DNA from: Balneolales bacterium | GTDB lineage: Bacteria; Bacteroidota; Rhodothermia; Balneolales; Natronogracilivirgulaceae | Direction of reading: 5' to 3' | Length of the DNA stretch: 25,136 nt | Assembly (NCBI GenBank): GCA_007120555.1 | Contig: SKNL01000196.1 | Span: 1 to 25,136, forward strand | In this document: piece after piece, positions 17,341-25,136 of the stretch | How the letters are laid out: every line of letters starts with the position of its first letter | Numbering within the stretch: the stretch's first letter is position 1 | The notes under the pieces: generated by a model | Database searches by the model: none | Told to the model about the DNA's origin: nothing | The model's input: only the letters and a program-made list of their open reading frames with translations | Position numbers and translations under genes: made by a program

Positions 17341-17811
17341 TCAGATCCGCACAAAGTGTTCTTCCTCTGCCTGGAACAACTCAATGATATTCCGGGCGTC
17401 CTCACTTTCAAGGAGTTTTTCCCGGAAAGCCGAGCTGTTGAGCAGGCGGGATATGCGGCTTAGCATTTTTATGTGGACACTGTTCTGGGATTCAGGTCCG
17501 ACAAGGAGAAACAGGATTGTTACCGGTTCGCCGTCAATGGAATTGTACTCTACCGGCTCCTGCAGTCTGCCAAAAGCAGCAAATGTTTCCGTCAGGCTCC
17601 TGCACTTGCCGTGTGGAATGGCCAGGCCTTTCCCGACACCGGTTGACATGATGCTCTCCCGCTCCATTACCGCTTTTTTGACAGCCGCAAGGGTTTCATT
17701 GTCCAGTCTGGCAGATAGTGTATTCACCAATTTGGTAATGGCTTCCTCCTTGCTGCTTGCGGCAAGATCCGGAATCACGTTGGTGCTGTCCAGAAGATCA
17801 CTGATTTTCAT
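17341..17811 (-). CDS. Stand-alone PTS EIIA (Fru/Ntr-type, ptsN-like)
   Basis: MERESIMSTGVGKGLAIPHGK with the phospho-His at 17611-17613, plus YNSIDGEPVTILFLLVGP and HIKMLSRISRLL. Confidence 0.92.
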   Translation of the reverse strand: MKISDLLDSTNVIPDLAASSKEEAITKLVNTLSARLDNETLAAVKKAVMERESIMSTGVGKGLAIPHGKCRSLTETFAAFGRLQEPVEYNSIDGEPVTILFLLVGPESQNSVHIKMLSRISRLLNSSAFREKLLESEDARNIIELFQAEEEHFVRI

Positions 17812-17842
17812 GTAAAACTCTTTTTATCAAACCCGGAAAAAA

Positions 17843-17891
17843 CATATCAAATATACTGATGATATGGCTTTATTTCACAATCTTTCACAAT
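17843..17891. promoter_or_regulatory. Promoter-like box with an overlapping inverted repeat and a direct repeat, upstream of the EIIA-folD unit
   Basis: CATATCA-N10-TGATATG (17843-17866); minus-strand TATATTTG (TAnnTTTG) at 17848-17855; TTTCACAAT twice at a 10-bp period (17873-17891). Confidence 0.4.
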
Positions 17892-18034
17892 ATATTCTGT
17901 CTGTTTCCCCTGAGGGCCAGTACGGTTGCAGGTCTGGGTGCCTGTGTCGGATGTTTTGACGGGTACACGCCATCGACGGCTGGCTGAACGGCACGAAATA
18001 CGCTGGCATTAAAACTGATACCGTAGTACTTTTA

Positions 18035-18053
18035 GTATAATCTGTTATTATAC
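18035..18053. promoter_or_regulatory. 19-bp palindrome directly before ccmB
   Basis: GTATAAT-CTGTT-ATTATAC perfect 7-5-7 inverted repeat ending 5 nt before ATG 18059. Confidence 0.4.
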
Positions 18054-18058
18054 CATCC

Positions 18059-18727
18059 ATGCTGCTGCAATCTCAGTCACTTGCTGTTTTCATTAAGGAT
18101 TTTCGTCTCGAGTGGCGATCCCGTTTTGGCGTGAGTACCGTTCTGGCCTTTATTGCGTCCACCCTGCTTGTTGTACTGTTTTCACTGCGCGCCGATCTTC
18201 TGTCGGTATCCGTCCAGAGCGGCCTGGTATGGATCATCATCCTTTTTGCATCGCTTACCACTCTTTCAAGGGTTTTTGTAAGTGAAAGTGAACGCGGCAC
18301 CATGGACTTGCTGCGGCTCAATGCGCCGGCAACGAGTGTGTTTATTGGTAAACTGGCTTACAATTTTCTTTTCACACTCCTGATCACCAGTACCACGTTA
18401 TTTCTTTTCGCGGTGATGGTGAACATGACGGTGTTTCGCCCGCTGCTGCTGCTGGCCGTGGTGGTGCTTGGATCGTCCGGGCTGGCCGGAGCCACAACCA
18501 TGCTGGGTGCGCTGGTGTCGCAGGCGGTGCGCAAGGGAGCGGTCTTTCCCGTATTGGCGCTTCCCCTGCTTATTCCGTTGATGCTGTTATTGGTGAGGGT
18601 GACGGCGGCGGTTTTTGTCGCGGAAGCTGCAGTTTCCTACGGCAATGATCTTGCGGCACTCATCGGATTTACGGGTGTTACCATCTCCGCATCCATTCTT
18701 TTATTTGACAATCTATGGGAAGATTAA
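18059..18727 (+). CDS. ccmB: Heme exporter permease CcmB
   Basis: IKDFRLEWRSR, GLVWIIILFASL, FVSESERGTMDLLRL, GKLAYN and LALPLLIPL match the CcmB pattern. Confidence 0.85.
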   Translation: MLLQSQSLAVFIKDFRLEWRSRFGVSTVLAFIASTLLVVLFSLRADLLSVSVQSGLVWIIILFASLTTLSRVFVSESERGTMDLLRLNAPATSVFIGKLAYNFLFTLLITSTTLFLFAVMVNMTVFRPLLLLAVVVLGSSGLAGATTMLGALVSQAVRKGAVFPVLALPLLIPLMLLLVRVTAAVFVAEAAVSYGNDLAALIGFTGVTISASILLFDNLWED

Positions 18728-18736
18728 CGAACCGCC

Positions 18737-19990
18737 ATGTCTGACGAAGCAACCAACCGGGATAACATACCCCTCAAGCTGCCACACGGCAAATCCGGCA
18801 TGATCGGTGCCAGGCGCCTGATTGGGCAGGTGCGGCTCCGCGAGCAGATGTGGCGCGTACTTGAGGAAGACCGCATCAGTCACGCCTACCTGATCAGCGG
18901 TCCGCCCGGTTCGGGTAAAAAGGCACTTGCGCTTGCGTTTGCCGAAGCCATCAATGGCGTATCGAATCTCGGAGAACCGGCTCCGGGAGTCCGTTCGCAG
19001 CGCCGGTCGTGGTACTACCACCCTGACATCCACCTGTTTCTTCCGTTACCGTCGATTGCCAGCCGGGACGAACTGGGAGCCCGGGTTGCATTGCTTGCTG
19101 AGGATCCTTACGAAATCGTGGACTTTGCAATGCGTCCCTCGCTTACGTCGCAGGATGACACCAAAAATCGCCGTGCGTTCTACTCGGTTGATTATTTCAA
19201 TGACGAGGTGCGCAGGGCGGCCTATCTGAGGCCGAATGAGGGCCGCCGCAACATCGTTATCATCACCAATATAGAGACGATGCGTAAAGAAGTGGTCAAC
19301 TCCTTCCTCAAACTGCTGGAGGAACCGGGAGAGCAGGTGATGTTCATCCTGACCACGGACAAGATCAATGTGTTGCTGCCCACTGTCGTATCCCGTTGCC
19401 AGTTGCTGGCCTGTCAGCCGCTGCAACCCGATGAGATTTTCCATGGGCTGACGGCATATGACGGCATAGCGGAACCCGAAGCGAGTTTTCTTTCTCGCAT
19501 TGCCGGCGGCAATTACAGCTACACCCGTTACTATGAACTGGAAACCCTGCAGGAGAACCGTGAGGATATCATCCGTTTTCTGCGAATGTCCTATACGGTG
19601 GATGTGGGTGGCATCCTTGAAATGAGCCAGAAATGGCAATCCGGATACAACAAGGAGGGGCAGCTGGCCATCCTCAACATGATCGAAATGTTCCTCAGGG
19701 ATATCGCGCTCTACTCTGGCGGTGCCGGAGAGGCGCTGATTACAAACAGCGACCGGCTGGATGTGATCAGGAATTTCTGTACGGGACTCAAAGATGCACG
19801 TATCAAGGATATGCTTGAAACATTGGAGGAGGCGCGTGCGTTGCTGAATCAGAACATCCAGCCGCGACTTGTCTTCACCGTGATGGCCAACCGGTTTTCA
19901 GCCTGGATGCGCGGATCGGATGCCGCTGTATCCGAGGCAGAGCTTTGGCGGCATGTACCGGCGAGAACCGAAACAACAGAAACCAGTTGA
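18737..19990 (+). CDS. holB: DNA polymerase III subunit delta-prime
   Basis: HAYLISGPPGSGKKALA, HPDIH, NSFLKLLEEP and LLPTVVSRC (SRC motif). Confidence 0.9.
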   Translation: MSDEATNRDNIPLKLPHGKSGMIGARRLIGQVRLREQMWRVLEEDRISHAYLISGPPGSGKKALALAFAEAINGVSNLGEPAPGVRSQRRSWYYHPDIHLFLPLPSIASRDELGARVALLAEDPYEIVDFAMRPSLTSQDDTKNRRAFYSVDYFNDEVRRAAYLRPNEGRRNIVIITNIETMRKEVVNSFLKLLEEPGEQVMFILTTDKINVLLPTVVSRCQLLACQPLQPDEIFHGLTAYDGIAEPEASFLSRIAGGNYSYTRYYELETLQENREDIIRFLRMSYTVDVGGILEMSQKWQSGYNKEGQLAILNMIEMFLRDIALYSGGAGEALITNSDRLDVIRNFCTGLKDARIKDMLETLEEARALLNQNIQPRLVFTVMANRFSAWMRGSDAAVSEAELWRHVPARTETTETS

Positions 19991-20031
19991 TACACCCTTA
20001 AACCGGCGCTGCAAATGTGGTGCCTGATGCC

Positions 20032-20898
20032 ATGTCACACCCCATCGATTTCGTAAAAATGCATGGAGCCGGCAATGATTTCATTGTGATGGATGCCCGG
20101 CCAGCGGACTTCCCCGTTGCTCAGGTCCTGAACCGGATACCCTTCCTGTGCCATCACAGAACCGGGATAGGTGCTGATGGCGTGCTTCTGCTTCTGCCGT
20201 CGGATGAAACGGATTATACCATGCAATACCTCAATGCAGATGGTTCGGAGGCAGGAATGTGCGGAAACGGTGCGCGGTGCCTGGCGCGCTTTGCCGTGGA
20301 CAGGGGCCTTCCTGTAAAGCTTGTCTTTACGGCAAATCAGATTCGTTACCGGGCGGAGGTATTTGACCACTATGTTTCCGTTTTTTTTCCGGTGAAGCCG
20401 GAGCCGGTTGTAAAAATAATAGACGATGTGACCTGGTTTGAGATCAATTCAGGCACCGAACATGTGGTTTCCATAGATTCGAATTACATGAAAGCCCCCA
20501 ATCGCTTTTTCCGGGAGAAGGGAAGACTTATCCGCAACAGGCTGGACCTGTTTCCTGTCGGCGCCAATGTGAATTTTGCCTCTGTCCTGGAACAGAACCG
20601 GTTGCGGCTGGTTACTTATGAACGCGGAGTTGAGGACCTGACGCTTGCCTGCGGCACCGGTGCCATAGCCACCGCAATAGCACGATGTCACGCCGGCATC
20701 ACTGAAAATGCAGCAGCGGATTCTGAAGCGCACCCACCCCCGCCCCCTGAGGCAGATCACCATATTCAGATTGATTGTCCGGGCGGCCCGCTTGAAGTTT
20801 CTTTTTCGGTTGTCCGGGAACACGGCAAACCCGTCTATAAAAATATTATCCTTTACGGACCAGCCGTCACGGTCTACGAGGGACGCGTTACCATCTAA
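20032..20898 (+). CDS. dapF: Diaminopimelate epimerase
   Basis: FVKMHGAGNDF, GIGADG, NADGSEAGMCGNG, YERGVEDLTLACGTG; both catalytic Cys present. Start placed at ATG 20032. Confidence 0.96.
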   Translation: MSHPIDFVKMHGAGNDFIVMDARPADFPVAQVLNRIPFLCHHRTGIGADGVLLLLPSDETDYTMQYLNADGSEAGMCGNGARCLARFAVDRGLPVKLVFTANQIRYRAEVFDHYVSVFFPVKPEPVVKIIDDVTWFEINSGTEHVVSIDSNYMKAPNRFFREKGRLIRNRLDLFPVGANVNFASVLEQNRLRLVTYERGVEDLTLACGTGAIATAIARCHAGITENAAADSEAHPPPPPEADHHIQIDCPGGPLEVSFSVVREHGKPVYKNIILYGPAVTVYEGRVTI

Positions 20899-20899
20899 T

Positions 20900-22198
20900 A
20901 TGACTATGCGTATCTTTTCAGTATTAGCTAGTTCCTGTTTATTGTTATTTGTATTCACAACATGCAGTGTTGAACGGGTTTCTCATGTAGAAAAGGATGA
21001 TGAGCCGTATCAGCTCGATAACAGCCCGATGGTGCAGGGACAGGTCCTTCCACCTGATAACATCAAAAGCATACAGCTTTACCGGGGAGAGGGAAAACAC
21101 AATCTTCCATCCGTGAAACTTGGCAGCGGCGAGGTTCTGACCCTTCGGTTTGATGAGCTGGGCGGGACATCCCGTCTTTTCCGGGTGCGGGTCCGGCACC
21201 GCAACGCGGACTGGTCGGACAGCCGGCTGATGACGGATTTTTATCTTCGCGGGTATCGGGAGGACCTGATTGAGGGTGGCCGGCCGAGCACGGTTCAGGA
21301 TCCTCACTACATGCATTATGAATACCAGTTTCCAAACCAGAACATGCAGCTGCGCCTGAGCGGCAATTATCTGATGGAGGTTCTTGAGTACGAGACTTCT
21401 AACGTTCTGTTTTCCGTTCCCTTTTTTGTGCATGAGAATGCCGGGCGCATGGAGGTCACACTGGAAGAGTTATATGGTCTGGATGCACGCTATACAGTCC
21501 ATCATCAGCCATTTGTACGGTTCGGGTATCCCACGTACGTGGTCTCGCCAGTGACTGATTTGTCAGTCTTTTTTGCACAGAACAGGTTCTGGGGCCGGGC
21601 AAGGCAGGCCGGTGAGCTGGATATGTCGGAATCGGGGGTTTTCCGGGCCTATCTTTCACGTCCCGAATCTTTTGTAGGGGTATATGAGTTCCGTCACCTG
21701 GACATCAGAAGATATGATGCCGGCGGACCGGAAGTGGTGGAGGTGCGGAGCGGCACCATCCCTCCGCAGGTGTGGCTGTTTCGGGATGTGGTGAATCTGG
21801 ATGTCAGTCCGCGCAGACGTACGCCGGTGGCGCATGGCATTCCGCGGGACGATCGGCGCGCGCGTTATGTGGATGTGCGTTTCGAGCTGGAATTGCCCGA
21901 AAGGGAGGCTACAGACCTGCCCGTCTATGTGTACGGACCGTTCAACAACTGGACCATAGACGAGGAGAACAGAATGGAATACCAGCCATCCACCGACTCT
22001 TACCTTGGCCGGGCGATTATCAAGGAGGGGGAATACGACTACAAGTATGCACTGGTTGAGCGCGGCCGGATTGACGATCTGCGCCTGGACGCCAGCTTTG
22101 CCTCAACGGCCCAGGAATACGCAGCAATGGTCTACTTTCGGGATCCCGGGCTGCAGGCAGACCGGTTGCTTCAGCTGGACTCTGGACGGGCGCGCTGA
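20900..22198 (+). CDS. DUF5103 / type IX secretion plug-like protein, probable lipoprotein
   Basis: Signal peptide ending LLLFVFTTC, then IKSIQLY...LGSGEVLTLRFDEL, HRNADW, YMHYEYQFPN, LRLSGNYL, VYVYGPFNNW and IIKEGEYDYKY, as recalled for DUF5103 proteins. Start at ATG 20900 or 20906, right after the dapF stop. Confidence 0.75.
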   Translation: MTMRIFSVLASSCLLLFVFTTCSVERVSHVEKDDEPYQLDNSPMVQGQVLPPDNIKSIQLYRGEGKHNLPSVKLGSGEVLTLRFDELGGTSRLFRVRVRHRNADWSDSRLMTDFYLRGYREDLIEGGRPSTVQDPHYMHYEYQFPNQNMQLRLSGNYLMEVLEYETSNVLFSVPFFVHENAGRMEVTLEELYGLDARYTVHHQPFVRFGYPTYVVSPVTDLSVFFAQNRFWGRARQAGELDMSESGVFRAYLSRPESFVGVYEFRHLDIRRYDAGGPEVVEVRSGTIPPQVWLFRDVVNLDVSPRRRTPVAHGIPRDDRRARYVDVRFELELPEREATDLPVYVYGPFNNWTIDEENRMEYQPSTDSYLGRAIIKEGEYDYKYALVERGRIDDLRLDASFASTAQEYAAMVYFRDPGLQADRLLQLDSGRAR

Positions 22199-22247
22199 AA
22201 TATCTGTCGAAGTGATTATCTCAATCAGTCCGGGCCAGTGACTGTCC

Positions 22248-22324
22248 TGTTCCCGAAAGCAAATGGGAACAAGAATCCCGGGTGCATCCCAATCCGGGAT
22301 GTCCCATCTGAATGCACCGGGTAT
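22248..22324. terminator. Double stem-loop between convergent genes (candidate bidirectional terminator)
   Basis: TGTTCCC-N10-GGGAACA (22248-22271) and ATCCCGGGTGCAT...ATGCACCGGGTAT (22275-22324, 11/13 complementary). No strong U-tracts. Confidence 0.4.
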
Positions 22325-22370
22325 CCTGTTAACGATCAGTAGCCGATCCCGATACGGAAGTCTTTTCCGA

Positions 22371-25136
22371 TCAGAAGTCGAGTCCGATACTGAAATAGTG
22401 GACGCGGTGACCGAAACCGGTGCCTCCTTCGATATCCAGCGGCCAGGCAAGGTCATACCGGAAGGGAAGTCCCAGCAGGATGGTGCGAAGACCGAAACCG
22501 GTTCCGGCAAGAATGGCATCACGGTTGGTTCCGTCCCAGGCTGCACCCATATCAAAAAACATATTGCCCTGGATGTTGTACAACGGTATGATCGGAATGG
22601 GGCCGGGCAGCATGGCTGCTATGAGCGGGAAACGGAATTCCGCATTGAACAATCCGAACCGGTTGCCGATCGCAGAGTTGAAAAAGTGTCCGCGCAGCGG
22701 CAGGGCCGGAATGGTGAAGAAAATATCCTCCAGCCGGTCGGTCTGAAGCGAACCTTCTGCCCAGCGGAAATTGATCCAGTTCTGAATGCCTCCCATGAAG
22801 AAGTTCTGGGCATCCGGGCCGAACGAAGCAGCACCGGTCCCGCGAAAAGCGAAGACATAGCCCATGCCAAGATGGAAATATTGCCGGAAATCACCGATCA
22901 CCGAGGCAAATCCGATGACATCAGAGGAGATGGGCGGACTTCCGGTCAGGCTGACGGCATAACGTCTGCCGGACAGGGGTGCGAGGAATCCCGGACGTGT
23001 AAGGTCACGTGTGAACGTCACTTCCGGATACAGGAAATAGGTATCCTCCGAGTCAGAAACGTTGGCATAAACAAGGCTGAAATCCCGTGAGATATTGATC
23101 AGGCTGACGCCGTAGTCGATTCTGGAGAATTTGTTGAGTGGATACTGGAACTGGAGACCCCCGCCATAGAAGCGGAACCGCACCTGTTCGAAATCAGTGA
23201 AGTCACGGCTCAGCACCAGGAAGTTCCGTGAGGTATGGAAGTAGCGTACCAGGTAATTCGTACGGTTTGCATAATAGCCGTAGCTGACTTCGTAATCACT
23301 GTTACGCAGATCAAACTGCAGGTTCGTGATCAGGTTGATGCGATGGTTACCGAGCAGATCGGAAAAGGTAAAGGCGGCCAGAGCATAGGTTCCGTAGAAT
23401 GTGGATACCCCTCCGGCGGCATAAGTAATGTCCGGGGAGAACTCCAGCCGGTAGCGGCGTGGTATGAAGCGGCCGTCATCGGTGCGGGTCGGCTTTTCTT
23501 CCCGTACCCGTTCCAGGTGTGTTGTGGCGACAAGGTCGTCCAGGTCGTCACCAAAGACATAATTCCTGAAATCGATCACATCCTGATCCACTTCGACGGT
23601 ATCTGCTGCCACCGGATCGTCCTCCGGATCCTCGGGCGCATCCAGTTCCCTTTGTTCTTCGCGGATGAGATCCATGATAGCCGAAGTCTGCCGGACGAGC
23701 TCGGTTGCGCTCATGCGCTGCAGGTCTTCGTCAAACATCTGGAAAGCAAGCCCGATGGCCGGGACGCGTTGCTCAACCGGCTCACGAAGGCGTCGTTCCG
23801 CCCATTGGTTGCGCTGCAACGGTTCCGTTTTACGCCGTTCAAACGGGTTGTCGATAGTGAAGATATGGACAAATCCCCTGTTAAAGGAATTGATAGCGAG
23901 CAGGTTTCCGTCCGCGCTGATCGACATCTGCATGACACCGGTCACCAGGTCCGTGAGCGGGTAGCTCGTCCGGGTTTCCAGGTCCATTTCGTAGACATTC
24001 GGAATGCCGTTCTGGTCGGAAACATAGATGAGCCGGCCATCCTGTGTCATAATGGGACGGGATTCATTCCAGTTTGGAGTGCTTGTCAGGCGCGTGGCGC
24101 GACTGGAGCCAAGCCGGAGCATGTAAATATCGCTCTGGTTGATATTGGGATTCAGCAGAACGTTGTAATTTGTCCGGAATGTATTCACCTGGGTGTGCGG
24201 TCCACGGTCCGACGCAAAAAGAATATATTCCGAGTCATTGGACCATGCGGGATCCCAGTCGCTGAATACGTCATTAGTGGCACTGACGAAGTCACCGCTT
24301 TCCAGATGATATACATAGATGTTTGTAAAAGGTCCGGCGTTGCCCTGGAAAGCGATCTTCTTGCCGTCGGGCGACCATGCTACGGATCCGATGGCATCAA
24401 GTTGCGGGAAGACGATTTTCTGCACCTCTTCGGTCCGGTAGTCCACTATGGCGAGGTCCACGGATCCGCCGGAACGTGTGGAAAGGGCGATTTTTCTTCC
24501 ATCCGGTGACCAGGTGAGATTTGGCCTGAGAATATTGAGCTCTTCAAAATCAACATTGTCCTCACCGCGGATCAGCGTTTTGATGCGGCTTCCGTCGCGC
24601 GCATTAAGTACGATCACGTCAAAAAAGCCCCGGGCATTTGAGATCATGGCTATGCGGTCGCCCTGCGGCGATACGGCAGGGCTTGTGTTGTAGGCCCGGC
24701 GGTACCGGTCTTTGGTAATAAGCCTTCCGATCTCACGCAGGTCTTCGCGGATGGCAATTTCCGGGAAATATGTTTTCCGCAGCGAGTCGTGGAAGCGCTC
24801 GTTGAGTTCGCTCATCGTGAGGCCCGTGGACTGCCGAAGGCCGGCTTCCACGCTTCTGGTCTGGCGGACGTTCTGGAGGATCTCCCCTATCTTTTCACGG
24901 CCATACTCTTCGACGATAAAATTCCAGAAAGCTTGTCCGCCACGATAGGCCATGAATCCGCCCATTTGTGGTATCGGCGGCATCATATTGTTCATTACCG
25001 CCTCGCGCATGAACATATCTGTGTCGGTATCCCATCCAAGTGAGACGTATTCAGACAGTCCTTCCTCAAACCATAAAGGAATCACAAGCTGGATGTTGTT
25101 CTGAATAATGGCCTGGATCGATCCGCCGTAAAACAG
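22371..25136 (-). CDS. Omp85-family outer membrane protein with a TolB/PD40 beta-propeller and a peptidase-MA-like N-terminal region (5' end outside the window)
   Basis: The frame stays open to the right edge (LFYGGSIQAIIQNNIQLVIPLWFEEGLSEY). Several SPxGxxIA/WSPDG repeats; a barrel with LRGH (22686-22697; lid-loop RG motif), FFDMG and a terminal IGLDF beta-signal. No POTRA-like region is evident. Confidence 0.85.
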   Translation of the reverse strand: MFYGGSIQAIIQNNIQLVIPLWFEEGLSEYVSLGWDTDTDMFMREAVMNNMMPPIPQMGGFMAYRGGQAFWNFIVEEYGREKIGEILQNVRQTRSVEAGLRQSTGLTMSELNERFHDSLRKTYFPEIAIREDLREIGRLITKDRYRRAYNTSPAVSPQGDRIAMISNARGFFDVIVLNARDGSRIKTLIRGEDNVDFEELNILRPNLTWSPDGRKIALSTRSGGSVDLAIVDYRTEEVQKIVFPQLDAIGSVAWSPDGKKIAFQGNAGPFTNIYVYHLESGDFVSATNDVFSDWDPAWSNDSEYILFASDRGPHTQVNTFRTNYNVLLNPNINQSDIYMLRLGSSRATRLTSTPNWNESRPIMTQDGRLIYVSDQNGIPNVYEMDLETRTSYPLTDLVTGVMQMSISADGNLLAINSFNRGFVHIFTIDNPFERRKTEPLQRNQWAERRLREPVEQRVPAIGLAFQMFDEDLQRMSATELVRQTSAIMDLIREEQRELDAPEDPEDDPVAADTVEVDQDVIDFRNYVFGDDLDDLVATTHLERVREEKPTRTDDGRFIPRRYRLEFSPDITYAAGGVSTFYGTYALAAFTFSDLLGNHRINLITNLQFDLRNSDYEVSYGYYANRTNYLVRYFHTSRNFLVLSRDFTDFEQVRFRFYGGGLQFQYPLNKFSRIDYGVSLINISRDFSLVYANVSDSEDTYFLYPEVTFTRDLTRPGFLAPLSGRRYAVSLTGSPPISSDVIGFASVIGDFRQYFHLGMGYVFAFRGTGAASFGPDAQNFFMGGIQNWINFRWAEGSLQTDRLEDIFFTIPALPLRGHFFNSAIGNRFGLFNAEFRFPLIAAMLPGPIPIIPLYNIQGNMFFDMGAAWDGTNRDAILAGTGFGLRTILLGLPFRYDLAWPLDIEGGTGFGHRVHYFSIGLDF

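Noticed and set aside
16835-17815. 326-aa plus-strand ORF
   Set aside because: Antisense to folD and the EIIA gene; no motifs.
18035-18053. Fur box
   Set aside because: The ATAAT/ATTAT arms are separated by 5 nt, not the 7-1-7 geometry; kept only as an unassigned palindrome.
20708-20899. 5' extension of the DUF5103 ORF
   Set aside because: Overlaps the dapF 3' end; the signal peptide begins at 20900/20906.
23235-24509. 424-aa plus-strand ORF (and the 275-aa ORF at 22263-23090)
   Set aside because: Antisense shadows of the Omp85-family gene.

Overview
GC-rich (roughly 55%) chromosomal window with mostly housekeeping genes. It most likely comes from a Balneolota/Rhodothermota-type FCB-group bacterium (inference from the split atp operon order, the long N-terminal extension of AtpB, a DUF5103 gene, a WD40-Omp85 gene and TAnnTTTG promoter-like boxes). 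From left to right it holds: (-) guaB, an M23 peptidase, a bactofilin and the atp operon atpZ-atpI-atpB-atpE-atpF-atpH-atpA' (cut by the edge); (+) a small surface-polysaccharide locus (wecE/rffA-like aminotransferase, a decayed GNAT/FemAB-type remnant, a WzxC-like flippase, two GT4 and one GT2); (-) a 112-aa orphan; (+) a CPA2 antiporter fused to USP-like and PTS-EIIA-like domains; (-) folD and a stand-alone EIIA (ptsN-like); (+) ccmB, holB, dapF and a DUF5103/T9SS-plug-like lipoprotein; (-) a large POTRA-less beta-propeller/Omp85 protein (5' end outside the window). I saw no tRNA, rRNA, CRISPR array, transposase or phage gene, and I found no clearly self-contained novel multi-gene system. 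The most interesting signals are: Lys at both half-channel positions of ATP synthase subunit a; the antiporter-USP-EIIA fusion lying next to a free EIIA gene; the peptidase-like/propeller/Omp85 protein facing a T9SS-plug homologue; a translationally coupled GNAT remnant; and a 20-bp-period tandem array inside the polysaccharide locus. All family calls are by motif recognition only; no database searches were run.
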